Below, piece by piece: positions 51,626 to 64,000 of a stretch of 64,000 nt of DNA. Where the stretch lies: NCBI GenBank assembly GCA_030390025.1, contig JASTWF010000810.1:1-64000 (forward strand), written 5' to 3'. The notes below the pieces were generated by a model that was not told the DNA's origin, did no database searches, and saw only the letters and a list, made by a program, of their open reading frames with translations. Position 1 is the stretch's first letter. Every line of letters begins with the position of its first letter. Source of the DNA: Squalus acanthias. Its lineage: Eukaryota. The position numbers and the translations under genes are program-made.

Positions 51626-53351
51626 TGTTCAATGGAAATTGTTCTGCCACTGAACCGCGGCTCGGATGGTTTGGAAATATCAGTTTGTAGATAATCCGAT
51701 AAGATTTGTGATTTGACGAGATGTCATATCGCGTGCCTAAAACTGTTTCCGATAATCTATTTTAAGAGGCGAGCTGTGAACGTAAATGTCAGTTAATGTG
51801 CGTGAGCACCTCATCTTAACAGGATCTGCAATCTGCAGTTAAACCAAAGCCCCATTGGTCGGCCTGCACGTGGTTTATCTCAATGACGTAACATTAAAGA
51901 AGTGACCGGTAACAACACGTTGATGAAACTCCCTGATTAGGCAGAAACAATTTATATTATATAGAAGTTACAGAAAGGAAGGGGTGCGGGAAGACGGGTG
52001 GGATGGGAGGGTTGCATTGCCAATTACAGAAGGTCGGAAAGTTTGAGAAAGAAGATATTTTGAGCTGAGTCTGCTGCAAATAATTTGGCCCCTAACCCGT
52101 CAATATTTCCTTCCTCGGTCTTTATTATCCATTGCTGATGGGTTCGGAGCAGGAATCCGGTGATGCCGCAGATTTCCAAAGGCTGTGGCCCGGTAAAGAC
52201 GGTAATCGGAGGATGGATTCTAGTCTTCGTGTCGGCGTTACTTCAGGGCAGGACTTCCATCCGCCCCTCCAAACCCACTCCGATCCGGAATCATTTCTTT
52301 CTAGTCGGCCTTCTTCTGATAGGCACGGCAGCTCCCGTCAAAGCGAGAAGTGATCGACTGCTGAGCCTTGAGAGTAGGACGTCCCAGAGGAGGGTAGTTC
52401 AGGCAGTTTACAGGGAGGCTGCTGACGAAGTCTGTGCAACCACGCCACCCAAGAACTACAGGAAGAGATTAATTGTACCACAGATAGAACTTTCACTCAT
52501 CTCATTGCCTCATATTGTTTCCCTCGGATGACCTGGGTGTTAGGATAACTCACGCATGCAAACGAAAACATTTTCAAGTACTCAAGCAACATCTAAACTA
52601 AGAAACACTCTGTCCAATCACATAGCATGCTGCAGGAATTCTTCAGAGACAATTTCTTAAAATGCCTAATTCCCCTGCACCTCACAGTGTCATGTGATGC
52701 CTGCACTCATACTGGGGAAAACAAGGACCCCTACCACTGATCTTTTAACATTATATTAAGTTCTCACGAAGGATGAAAGGAAGAAGACAATCGCCAAGCG
52801 GGTATTCGCTCTGTAATGTACTGACCAATGTGTCTGAATCTGTTCCCGCCAAAAGGGGGATGAATGTAAGGGACACACATGCCGCAACTCCAAATAGTGG
52901 TAATGGAAGTGCTTCAGTAATGTCCCATCCTATCTCTGTGCATGATAGAATTTCAGACATGGGCCCTCCATCCTCTAAAACAGAAAGGCTGCCGGAAGCT
53001 GGTCCCTCTGGAAGATTTGGATCACTCAGATGCTTGTTATTTCAGGCTTCAAGGGTTCTAGCAGATCCGATTTAGCCACCCAATCCTCGCCACCAGCCAT
53101 CTCAGTCATGGAGCACCTTTTGGATGTAGCAGCCTAGGAGTTCGAGAACATAAGTCGGCTGGCATAAAGGGTAAACATGGCATTACGAAGCAGTTGTAGA
53201 CATCCTGGACTTTCCATTGTTTTTTCGTTTGACTGTCCAACCCAGTCCTATTCTAAACGTTGCCTGAGACGTGTGTCGGATATTGCGTCACATAATAGGT
53301 TAACAACCCGGAATAGGGAAAATAGCATCACGGGTTAATTGGTATGAGGAT

Positions 53352-53655
53352 NNNNNNNNNNNNNNNNNNNNNNNNNNNNNNNNNNNNNNNNNNNNNNNNN
53401 NNNNNNNNNNNNNNNNNNNNNNNNNNNNNNNNNNNNNNNNNNNNNNNNNNNNNNNNNNNNNNNNNNNNNNNNNNNNNNNNNNNNNNNNNNNNNNNNNNNN
53501 NNNNNNNNNNNNNNNNNNNNNNNNNNNNNNNNNNNNNNNNNNNNNNNNNNNNNNNNNNNNNNNNNNNNNNNNNNNNNNNNNNNNNNNNNNNNNNNNNNNN
53601 NNNNNNNNNNNNNNNNNNNNNNNNNNNNNNNNNNNNNNNNNNNNNNNNNNNNNNN
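53352..53655. other. Assembly gap (304 N)
   Basis: Run of N. Confidence 1.
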
Positions 53656-54199
53656 ATGTGTCAGAGAAATATCTGTGACAAAAACAGCATGACCAAGATA
53701 AAGTATAAAAGCAGAATTAAATGCATCTGGTGAAAAAGTAATGAACTGTATTCACGTAAACCTGGCCTTAGTCAACAGAATCTTAAATGAAACTTGTATC
53801 ACGTGAATTTAGAAGTGTATCAGTTTAAATAGTTAAGAAAGCGGGGTGAGTGGGGTTATAATGGAACATGAAGCATTAGACCAAATAAACCTGAAAAAAG
53901 AGTTGCCGAATGGTTTCACGTTGAGACTAGCCAGGTGACACATCGCAGAGCTGGGCAAATCAGATTTGAGTTCGTTTTCAGACAAAGGGAGAGCACATGG
54001 TGCTCGGGTTAGATCATACAATCAAAAGTGGGTCTGTTATGGCAAAAGTATAAATGTAGAACGCAGCGTATCTTGGAGTGGGGGAGCGGGGGGCGTCTGA
54101 GCATGATTGGCCTTGAATATATGATAGACATCGTTGCTTGTTTGTAATCATTTATATCAGCAATAAATCTTGAAAGGTAAGCTGTCTCTAGAATACGAG

Positions 54200-55110
54200 C
54201 CTTTCTTCGGACTAAAGTGGGAATCCTATATGGTATCATTCACTTCCATTCCTATGTTCAAATAAAGATGACATTGAAGGGCCGATGCAGAAAGTAACCA
54301 CAGTAAACTGGGCGGAACTGTTAACAGGTAAAACTACAGATGAACAGTGGGAGATGTACAAAGAAGTATTTGTCATAATACAAGACCTGTACATACCCCT
54401 AAACAACAAGAGCGCTACTTGTGTAAGTAAACAACTTTGGACAACTAAAGAAATTTGCAGACGGCTCCAAGTTAGGTGGCACAGCAAGTAATGTAAACCG
54501 TAGCAAAACGATGCAAAGGGACATTGATAGATTAAGTCAATGGGCAAATCTGTGGCAGATGTATTTCAGTGTGGAGAAATATGAGGTCATCCACTTTAGA
54601 CATAAGACTGATAGAGCAGAGTATTTTCTATATATTGACAACCTAGGAACTATGGAGGAGCAGAGACTAAGTGGTCCACATACATAAATCACGAAAAGCT
54701 AGTGGACAGGTAGAAAAATAATGTGAAAGTTTAATGGAACGTTAGCATTTATCTCAAGGAATAGAAAAGGGCTGAAAGTCATGCTACAATTGTGTAAAGC
54801 TCTGGTTACATCGCATCTGGAGCACTGCGTTCGATTCTGGGCACCGCACCTCAGGAAGGATATTTGGCCGTGGATGGGGTGCTGTACAGATTCACCAGAA
54901 TGGTAACGGGGCTAAAGGATTTAAATTATGGGGGGATGTTGCACAGACAAGGCTTGTATTTCCTTGAGCATAGAATGTTAAGGGGTGATCTAATTGAGAT
55001 CTTTACGATGATTCAATGATTTGATAGGGTTGATAGAAATAAATTATATCGTTGATTCCAGAACTATGGGGCATAACATTAAAATTATATGTTCACCTTC
55101 CAGGGGTGTT
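54200..55110 (+). mobile_element. Old, internally deleted CR1 fragment
   Basis: VNWAELL..EQWEMYKEV, gtggcagatg..gtcatccacttt, ctggagcactgcgttcgattctgg, agaactatggggcataa remnants. Confidence 0.7.
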
Positions 55111-57840
55111 GTCAGGGCCCTCCCCCGTGTCAATTCCATTTCCCGCACTTCTACCCTTAATCCTTCTCCTCCCCCCCAGAACCATGAAAGGGTTCCCGTC
55201 ATTCTCACTTCCCACCCCACCAGCTTCCAATTTCAGTGGATCATACTCCACCATTTCCACCACATCCAGCCAATGCCGCCACCAAACACATGTTCCCCTC
55301 CCATTCCATCCCGTTTCAGCATTCTGGAGGGATACCCTAGTCCACTCTTCAATCAGCCCAACACCGCTCCCCTTCCCACGGCACCTTCCCATGCATGCGC
55401 AGCTGATGGAATGCCTGCCCTTTTACATCCTTCCTTCTCACAGTCGAGAGCCCTAAATACACCTTCCAGGTGAAACAGTGATTTACATGTACTACTTTTA
55501 ATTTAATATACAGTATTCGCTGCTCATGCTACAGTCTCCTGTACATTGAGGAGCCCAACCGCATATTGGGAGATTGCTTTTTTGAGCACCTCGGTTCATT
55601 CTGCAATTGTGACCCTGAGCTTCCGGTCGCTTGTCATTTTAATTCTCGGTCCCACACCCACTTTGACCTCTCCGTCCTCGGCCTCCTACACTGTTCTAAT
55701 GAAGCTCGAGGAAGAACATCTCTTTCGATTAAGTACTTTAAGCCTTCAGGTCTCAACATTGAGATCAACAATTTCAGATCATAACCACCGCTCTCATTTT
55801 TTGGAGAGAAGCTGTTTGTAATGATTCTGCTAAGGGCCATTTACAACTCCTCTGGACCCATCTTCTGTTTCTTTACTTGTTCCTTTACCACCCCCGTATG
55901 CCTTCCAGCATCATCCCTTTTATCATTTATTCATTGCTGCCTTCCACTCTATCACAAACATTCCCTATTTGTTCTTTCGTCCCCTCCCGCTTTCCTTGCC
56001 TCCGTACTTACTTAAACGGTATTATATCTCTAACCTTTGCCGGATCTGACGAAAAAATAACATAAGAACATAAGAAATAGGAGCAGGAGTAGGCATTCGG
56101 TCCATCGAGACTGCTCTGCCATTCAATAAGATCATGGCTGATCTTCTAACTCAACTCCACTTTCCTGCACTATCCCCATATCCCTCGAATCCCCTACTAT
56201 CCGAAAATCTATGGATCTCTGTCTTGAATATATTCAACGACTGAGCCTCCACAGCCCTCTGGGGTAGAAAATTACAAAGATTCACCACCCTCTGAGTGAA
56301 GAAATGTCCCCACATCTCAGCCCTAAATGACCGACTCATTATTCTGAGACTGTGAACTCTGGTTCTGGACTCCCCAGCCAGGGGAACTATCCCCCCTGCA
56401 TTTAACCTGTCAAGCCCTGTAAGAACGTTTTATGTTTCAAGGAGATCACCTCTAATTCTTCTAAACTCTAGAGCATATTGATCTAGTCTACTCCATCTCT
56501 CATCATAGGACAATCTCCACAACCCACGAATCAGTCTGGTGAAACTTTGATGCACTCCTTCTATGCCAAGTATATCCTTCCTTCGGTAAGGAGACCAAAA
56601 CTGTACTCAATACGCCAGGTGTGGTCTTACCAAGGTCCAACATATAATTGGATTAAGACGTCTTTAATCTTATACTCAAATCCTCTTGTAATAAAGGCCA
56701 ACAAACCATTTCCTAATTGCTTGCTGTACCTGCATGTTAACTTTCAGTGATTCATGTACAAGGACACCCAGTTCCCTCTGAACACCAACATTTCCCAATC
56801 TCTCACCATTTGAATAATAATCTGCTTTTCTATTTCACTTACCAAAGTGCATAACTTCACATTTCTCCAAGTTATATTCCATTTGCCATGTTCTTGCCCA
56901 CTCACTTAGCATGTCTATATCCCCTTGAAGCCTCTTTGCATCCTCCTCACAATTTACATTCCAACCCAGCTTTGTATCATCAGCAAATTTGGATATATTA
57001 CATTTGGTCCCCTCATCTAGATTGTACATAGCTGAGGACCAAGCACTGATCCTTGCGGCACACATTACAGCCTGCCAATCCGTAAATGATCCGTTTATTC
57101 CTATTCTCTGTTTTCTCTCCGTTAACCAATCCTGAATCCATGCTAGTATATTAACCCCAATCCCAAGAGCCCTAATTTTGTTTAATAACCTCTTGTGTGG
57201 CAGCTTATAGAATGCCTTCTGAAAATCCAAAAACACCACATCCCCTGGGTCCCCCTTATCTATTCTGCTAGTTGCAAACTCAAAAAACTCTAACAGATTT
57301 GTCAAACATGATTTCCCTTTCATAAATCCGTGTTGAATCTGCCCAATCCTATTATTATTTTCTAAGTGCCCTGCTACCACCTCCTTAATGATAGATTCCA
57401 GCATTTTCCCTGCTACTGATGTCAGGCTCACTGTTCTGTAGTTCCCCATTTTCTCTCTCCCTCTTTTCTTAAATAGTGCGTTTACATTTGCTACCTTCCA
57501 AACCGTGGAAAACGTTCTAGAATCTATGGAATTTTGAAAGATGGCAACCAATGCATTCATTATCTCTATAGCCACCTCATTCAAAACCCGAGCATGTAGG
57601 CCATCAGCTGCAGGGGATTTATCGGCTTTCAGGCCCATTATTTTCTCAATTACTATTTTTTTTGCTAATATTAATTTCTTTCAGTTCCTCATTCTCGCTA
57701 GACCCTTGGTACTCCAGTATTTCCGAGAGGATTTTTGCGTCTTCTTCCATAAAGAGTCAACGACCTGAAAATTTAACTCCGTTTTTCTCTGGACAGGTGC
57801 TGTTAACCTGCTGAGAATTTCGAGCTTTATTTGTTTTTAT
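55110..57840 (+). mobile_element. Penelope-like element 3' part (GIY-YIG remnant and terminal repeat), split by a CR1 insertion
   Basis: RALPRVNSISRTS..RVPVILTSHPTS; FTCTT.NLIYSIRCSC..LYIEE..GDCFFEHL..LPVACHFNS..PSGLNIEINNF; terminal segment resumes at ~57755. Confidence 0.8.
56058..57754 (-). mobile_element. 5'-truncated CR1 LINE
   Basis: (aacataag)n tail at ~56058-56075; RT ORF 56835-57638 (QHGF, FLDFQKAF, KFADDTKLG). Confidence 0.93.
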
Positions 57841-57938
57841 CCTCCAATGTGACCGGTCCACCAGAGATCAGAGTCACATCTCAGTGTGAAATTGAACAGG
57901 AGCAGGGCTGCAAATGCATCTGGGGCACCTTTTCTTTG

Positions 57939-58237
57939 GGAGGTAATTTTAACTTTGGACTGTGTTGTAACATTCGCGATATTGGATTTGCCGGTGATAT
58001 GCGCTGATGGATTTAACTTCTATTGACTTTAATGGAAATAAAAATCGGGCGTGGCCTATAATAGACGGCTAATTCGATAGCGCCCGTTTTACACAACCGC
58101 CCAAAGTTAAAATTGCTCGATGTGCGATAGTGTTGAGCGATTGCCCCAATGGAAATAAAAATTGGGAGAGATATAAATCGGTCTTCCGATATGTTATTAC
58201 CAGTTTTATAGATCACAGAAAGTAAAAATTACCCCCA
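57939..58237. mobile_element. Short palindromic MITE(s) with GGGGTAATTTT-type ends
   Basis: gaggtaatttttaactttgg ... ccaaagttaaaattgctc and a second end aaaattaccccc; related pieces near 4500, 9992-10150, 16605 and 34740. Confidence 0.55.
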
Positions 58238-59739
58238 TGTGCATTGACATTTACAGGGCATGTGAAGTTTAGTGAAATCCTGTAGTGAAATAACCACACA
58301 GGCCTCCTCAGTATTCCCTGTCCTTCCTCAGAAACCAGCTCTGCCACTGAGCAGATCCAATGGTTCATGTGCGTGTTCGCAGTCTAAGAGGCAGAATTAA
58401 CCTTCTATGTATAAAAACAGATCAGTTATTAAATCTACCTTGAAAGGTGTTGTTTAATAGTTGCACTTGCTAACCACAAGACATGTTTCCATTATGTTGA
58501 AATAAACTCAATGCTTGATACCCCCAGAAATGCTAAGATTCACGTTCTCACTTATGCATAAAGAGCGATAATAGAATAAACATTGGCCAACAGTTTTCAG
58601 TACAACAGAAACCACATCACAGATTTGGTAAAAGGTCACATTAAGTCATATCTAGCTTTGTACACGAGCAGTAAATCATCCACTCATTAACCCCGTCACT
58701 GCTGCAGATTAATGAAATCGATTCCTATTTGATCGAGTCTATCTTAGTAGCACTTGAAAGTGATAACATTTCTGTGCAATATATCTGCAGCCCACTGGTT
58801 ACATTGCAGATGTGTGCATCTCCATGTCGAGGTCATAAACGTATTTACACACATAAGCCTGTTTAGTAACGCACACAAGCATTCTTCCAGAGCCACAACC
58901 AACCCTTCTCAACCCGTGAACAATTAGCTGAGAGTCAAAGACTTCGCAAACAGTCATTCAGTCAGACAATTTGGGAATTGCTCCGAGAAGGCCGGAAATG
59001 TATCCCAGATAAACATAAGTACACGTGACAACAACATTTTAATCAACAGGCCAATTTTCAAGAAAGTCAAGAATTGGTATGTGATAGATGTTCAAATCAC
59101 CCAAATGAGGCTTGACTTGGAGCAATGATTAAACACACTGCCGAGTCTGTAAACATATGGCTGGAAATTATTAACTGAGAGAGGATGGAATGTTTATAGC
59201 TGGACCAACCTGATGGAGGAGATTTATGTGTGATGGCGTTCACTATTTAGAAAAGTCTCAACGACATTAGACGAATTTAAAAACCACAATTCTTCAGTAA
59301 TTTCTCCAAAAAAATCCCAGGGTAAGACGCTATTCCAATAATGAAGATTTTATCATAGTTTAAAACGGCTTTTTTCAGAGCCATGTTAAAGAAAGGTGCA
59401 GCCTGACGCCTTTGTAGCCGTTAATGTCAAAGTACCTTGACAGGTCGCTTTCGCTTTCTCTAGTGTACCAAGGATATTTCTTCTGCCCAACACTTCATCC
59501 CATCTACTGCCCTACTGGTTCTGCTGAATGTCAGATGTGCCGCCTTTCGGATAAGAAGTTAGAGACAGTATCGGAAGAAAAATAAGGCTTTTCCCGCAGT
59601 GCAGGACTGAATCAACCCCACCAAAACAGAAACACAGATAATGTATCTTATTGACTCTACATATAAAAGCCACTACACTTCAAGAAGAAATTCAAGATAT
59701 GTAAAAGAGGTCTGAGATGTGCTGGCGACGCAAGAAGTG

Positions 59740-60140
59740 ACCTTGGATCAGTGGTTGAGGGTTCAACTACCCGGCCATAGTTTTGAGCACATAATCTAGG
59801 CTGAAAGTCCAGTGCAGTATTCAGTGCGTGCTGCACTCTCGGAGGTGCGGTCTTTTGCTGAGCGATTAAGCCGGGGCCCTGTATGCCCTCTCAGGTGGAC
59901 GATAAATATCCCATTACACCATTGAAAGAACGGATGTCCTGGTCAATATTTATCCCTCCGGCAACATCACTGAAAGAGATTGTCATTATTTCATTGCTGT
60001 TTGTGGGATCTTGCTGTGTGAAAATTGGCTGCCGGGTTCTCTACTTTAAAGCAATGACGCTTCAAAAGTAGTGTATTGTCTGCAAAGCGCTTTAGGAGTT
60101 CCTGATACCTTGAAAGGGACCGCATTGTTCTTTCTTTGCT
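59740..60140 (+). mobile_element. Deu-domain SINE (SacSINE1-like)
   Basis: gagcacataatctaggctga..gtgctgcactctcggaggtgc..gccctctcaggtggac..ttgctgtttgtgggatcttgctgtg..aaagcgcttt. Confidence 0.75.
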
Positions 60141-61599
60141 TTCCTTCGTTCTGATAACTCTCTATATTTTTTAAACCTTAATCTGTTCCACTAAGAGCCT
60201 GGCCCTTCATCTAATGATTTTAATAGTGTTCGTTTCCGTTGTTCGTTTCTTACAAACCCTGCACAAGGTCAGTGAACAATTTTCAGTTGTTCCCCTGCTT
60301 CGTAGTGATCTATCCAACCTTTCCAGAAACTGTGCAATTACATCTTCAAACCAAATCGATTTCTGCACAGAGGAGCTGCAACCATAATTAGGGCATTCCA
60401 CGGCATTCTCTGCTGAACCATATACCAGGGCTGATTCGACCCTTTGGAAACTCCCGAGGCCGAAGGGTGCCCGCAGGGAGAGCTGGCCAGCTACCAGGAG
60501 GCCCATAACTGGAACCTGCCGTTCCGTCCTTTAACTTCACTACGCAGAACATCAAGTACTGCGGACTTAATATTTCCTGGCCAATGTTTCCTGCAAGCGC
60601 CTTTCCGTCACCGGCGTGTCCTACTACTGGACCAGTCCTTGTAGTGTCCCAATATTGCGCAGATTTATAAGTGCAACTCATCAAACAACATCTTGTACCA
60701 TGCGATGCATCTCATACGCGTTTATTGGGACTACCTCTCCAATAAAATAATTTTAGGTTTGGTGGGGATTCATGGAGTATGCACGAATGTGTTTACTCTT
60801 CTCACTTATGATATGAATCAATAATGTATCAGCGAATGTTAGTGTTGACAAATGAAGATATTCTAGTTTCAACAACCCAGACAACCCTAGCTGTCCCCAT
60901 GGTTCATAAGATATCTGACACTAACCTGATTTTCCAGTTTATACAACCGAATGCATATTACAGAGCCATGGCGGTCTAACATTTCTGCACACAAGACTGA
61001 GCTTTGTTTATGTTTATGTTCATAAAAATGTCTGTAACTTTAAGCTTACTGCAGTAGCAAAGTGAAGAGGTGGCAGGAAGGAATGTGATATACATTTATT
61101 TTACCAGAACACAATCTTACAAGTAGATTTATTACAGAATACAAATCAGTAAAATAAGAAAGGCAACATACAATATCCATATTCTATTATGTTAATGCTT
61201 TTTCGTCTGGGCATTCTGTTAACTCTCGAATAACAGTGATACACTGGAAAGTAGATTACAACTAAATGAATAGTAACAACATAATAAAAGTCAAGGCCCA
61301 GTAAAGACCAGTCGGCCCACTGAAGCTCGTCGCTTAGTACCCAGCTCACCCTTTAGAGCATCCAGACACATTTACAATACAACTAACAATTTTGGTTCTG
61401 TAGCCCGTTTGAAGAAGTATTCAAGCCTCTGACTAAAATATAAACACTTGCTAATACCTTTAAAAAAAAAATTCTTACTTAATTATGTTTTGTTCTCCGG
61501 TACTACTTCCGGGATTTACTTTTAAATTCTGCATTCACCTTATCTGAACTATTTAATGTTTTATAGGTTACAGTAAGTTCCTAAATTAGCTACTTTCTT

Positions 61600-62045
61600 C
61601 CTAGGCAGAAGTCTCCTTTCTGAGTATTAAGGTAAATTTTTCGATCGCCACTCAATATCTTTAGTACATAATCTAATCTAACAGGTCGGAGCAGCATTGA
61701 GGGATGCTGCAATCTCAGTGTTCCCGTCTTTTGGATGAGTCGTTAAATCAAATTCCCGTCTGCCCTCTCATCGTAAATGAACCCATGGCACAATGTGAAG
61801 AAAATCAGCGAAGTTCTCTTGCTCTCATGGCCAATATTTAAGCCTCAGCCAACATCAGTGAAACAGTTATCAGATCATACATTTCATTTACTGTTTGTGG
61901 GGTCTTGCTGTGCGTGTTGGCTGTCCCATTTTCCCTACATGACAATCGTGACTACAATTGTAAAGTACTTCCGTGACTTTGAAGCGATTTGGGAGGAGTT
62001 GAGATCTCAGAAAGGCATATATACAGGCAGTTTCATTTTTTCTTT
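61600..62045 (+). mobile_element. Deu-domain SINE (SacSINE1-like), older copy
   Basis: Same order of motifs as 59740-60140. Confidence 0.65.
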
Positions 62046-63022
62046 CAACCAACTGATTCCCTGTTCACTGAGATTAATTTTATTCCTTGAACCCAATCCA
62101 ATCCCTATGGCCAGAATTCAATATAAAGGAAAATCGAGTGCAAACCTGTTGTCTATTCTCTAGCGCCCATTTTGCGCTATCGCTCAAGACGAATTTATAC
62201 CCGATGAAGATTAAATGCACATTCCTATTAATTTTCAAATAACTCAAGTTACTGATACTTGAGCGATCACGGTGTTGTGATTAAGGATTTATCTATCAAT
62301 CGTGAAAACGCTTTAAATCCAACATTTTCCAAAGCTGCATAGAATTCAAGCAGCACAAAACAGCAACTACGAAATAGAAGTCCGAACACGAATCGGTTGC
62401 CTGGCCTTTGAACGGCTGGGACCTGTTAGAGCAAAGCTTGGGCGGCGTGTCAGTGGGTTTTTAGAATCTATTTCATCTGCAGCTTCAAAAATAAGGCGAA
62501 TGGGGCAGACAGACAGGAGCCCGCTTCTAATTCATGCTGGACGTTAGTTGCTAACTATTTCTAAACTGGGGCTCCCCACCCTTCTTCTAAGAATAGTTGC
62601 AATTATTTTCCCAGTTACTGATGTTAGGTTAATGAGCATCTAGTTAGTTAAACACAAATAAAACGGGTTCCGCATTGGCGCAAATATTACTTGGCTTTTC
62701 CTTCCGTTAAAATAACGTCTGCTCTTTGATTTTTCATCTGTAGCTGAGCATACTCCGTGCTCTTATCCTTAAAATTAGGGTTTGCTGTTTTCTTCGAGCC
62801 TGTCATGTCGAGAGCAGCGTAGGTCAACTTATTATCAGGCCCCCTTTGCTTGGTCTGTGAAATCAATATTTGGAAATATCATTACTTCGACATTGTACTT
62901 GTTTATAGTCTAATATTTAGCAATTTCATTGGAATAGCTGGATCCTCGCAGAAATAGCGAGGATATAAATGATGAATTAAATATAAAAGATTACCATAGT
63001 ACTATTCAAGGTCTTTCTTACA

Positions 63023-63184
63023 CTATCCTGCATGCCCATTAATTACAGTTAATCTTTGTCTCTTTGTTCTGCTCCCCAGCCCTACCTGGGCATACACTGT
63101 CCTCTCTTGATGCTTTGGTCTTGGACCTTTCCGGGACTTGGTCAGATCTAATGTGGCATAAGGCGTCATCACTTCGGCTGGTCC
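63023..63184 (-). CDS. Terminal cytoplasmic exon with two ITIM/ITSM-like motifs, from an immune receptor gene lying beyond the window end
   Basis: Strong acceptor ttttgcccttcctcccatgcAG; phase 0 reads GPAEVMTPYATLDLTKSRKGPRPKHQERTVYAQVGLGSRTKRQRLTVINGHAG*; TPYATL and TVYAQV with tyrosines 21 residues apart. A CAG|GTAGGG site after YAQ could be an alternative end. Confidence 0.7.
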   Translation of the reverse strand, partial: GPAEVMTPYATLDLTKSRKGPRPKHQERTVYAQVGLGSRTKRQRLTVINGHAG

Positions 63185-64000
63185 CTGCATGGGAGGAAGG
63201 GCAAAACTATATTTTGTTATGGTGTTAGGGCAGATACCGCGGTTCGGCGCTCCCTGCACAGAACGATGCGAGCAGGCCCTAAAACCGCAGATTCAGAGTC
63301 CATCCATTAAATGGATGGATGAAATATCAGTCACTGCTGCCAGAACCTTCTTGTCTGTGCTCCGTGTCCGCGCCGTCAGTGCCCAGCAGGCGGAATCAGT
63401 CGCATTATCACAAATATTCGAACAGTTTGGGGGAGGGTGAAAGAAGGTTTCTTCTTTACCGCCTGGACCTGAAGCATCGTCAGGGCTGCGCATGGATTGG
63501 AATATCTTGCGGAGCCGCTGCTGGCAACAGACCCCGCGCATTTTCCTAAAATTGAATCGAATGCAAAGAAATTCCCTCGGGACGAGCGATCCTCTCCACT
63601 AGATCTCCCTTTCTGCGCTCCGCCCATGCATTGCTTAACGCCCAGACGGTAAAGACGAAAATCTACCTCCAAAAATGCGCGGTGCTACAACCGGTCTCCT
63701 GATCTCACTTTGCTGGGTGACCACTAGAAGCCCCATAGAATCTGTGTAATAGGCTGAAAGTGCCCTTTAGGTTGTGTGTCTGGGAATTCCACGGGTGTCC
63801 CGCCGAAGTTACGGAAATCCCTAGAAATTTACATTTTAAGAAAGTAAAGAAATATAAGGGATCAAAGTTCATCCCTGAATTCCATTGATAGGAGTAATCT
63901 AGTTGAAATAACCTTCATCTGGCAAGGTTTTCATACTTGAAATTACACTTTCGTTGCAAAAAATATAGTAAAACCATTTAACTCCTTTAGAACATTGAGC

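Noticed and set aside
53344-53733. 129-aa ORF
   Set aside because: Artefact of the N gap.

Overview
Vertebrate genomic DNA, almost certainly a cartilaginous fish (shark/ray), inferred from the repeat content. It is not prokaryotic; I found no rRNA, tRNA or CRISPR features. Most of the window is nested, decayed transposable elements: three near-full-length CR1 LINEs and many CR1 fragments, L2 and RTE LINE fragments, Deu-type SINEs, Penelope-like remnants carrying minimal hammerhead ribozyme motifs, a 4.2-kb PIF/Harbinger transposon (TIRs, TSD, both genes), Harbinger-type MITEs, a possible Kolobok-type element and a ~66-bp minisatellite. There is one assembly gap (53352-53655). The main host feature is a minus-strand spliced immunoglobulin-superfamily gene. 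Its five exons (leader, single-exon germline-fused VJ-type V domain, C1-set domain, uncharged TM, first cytoplasmic exon) join at GT-AG sites into an open 275-codon frame. No rearranging segments are visible, so it looks like a non-rearranging antigen-receptor-like receptor. An orphan exon with two ITIM/ITSM-like motifs lies 11.4 kb upstream on the same strand, suggesting a tandem cluster of such receptors with inhibitory tails. All calls are by eye; repeat boundaries are approximate unless a TIR or TSD is quoted.
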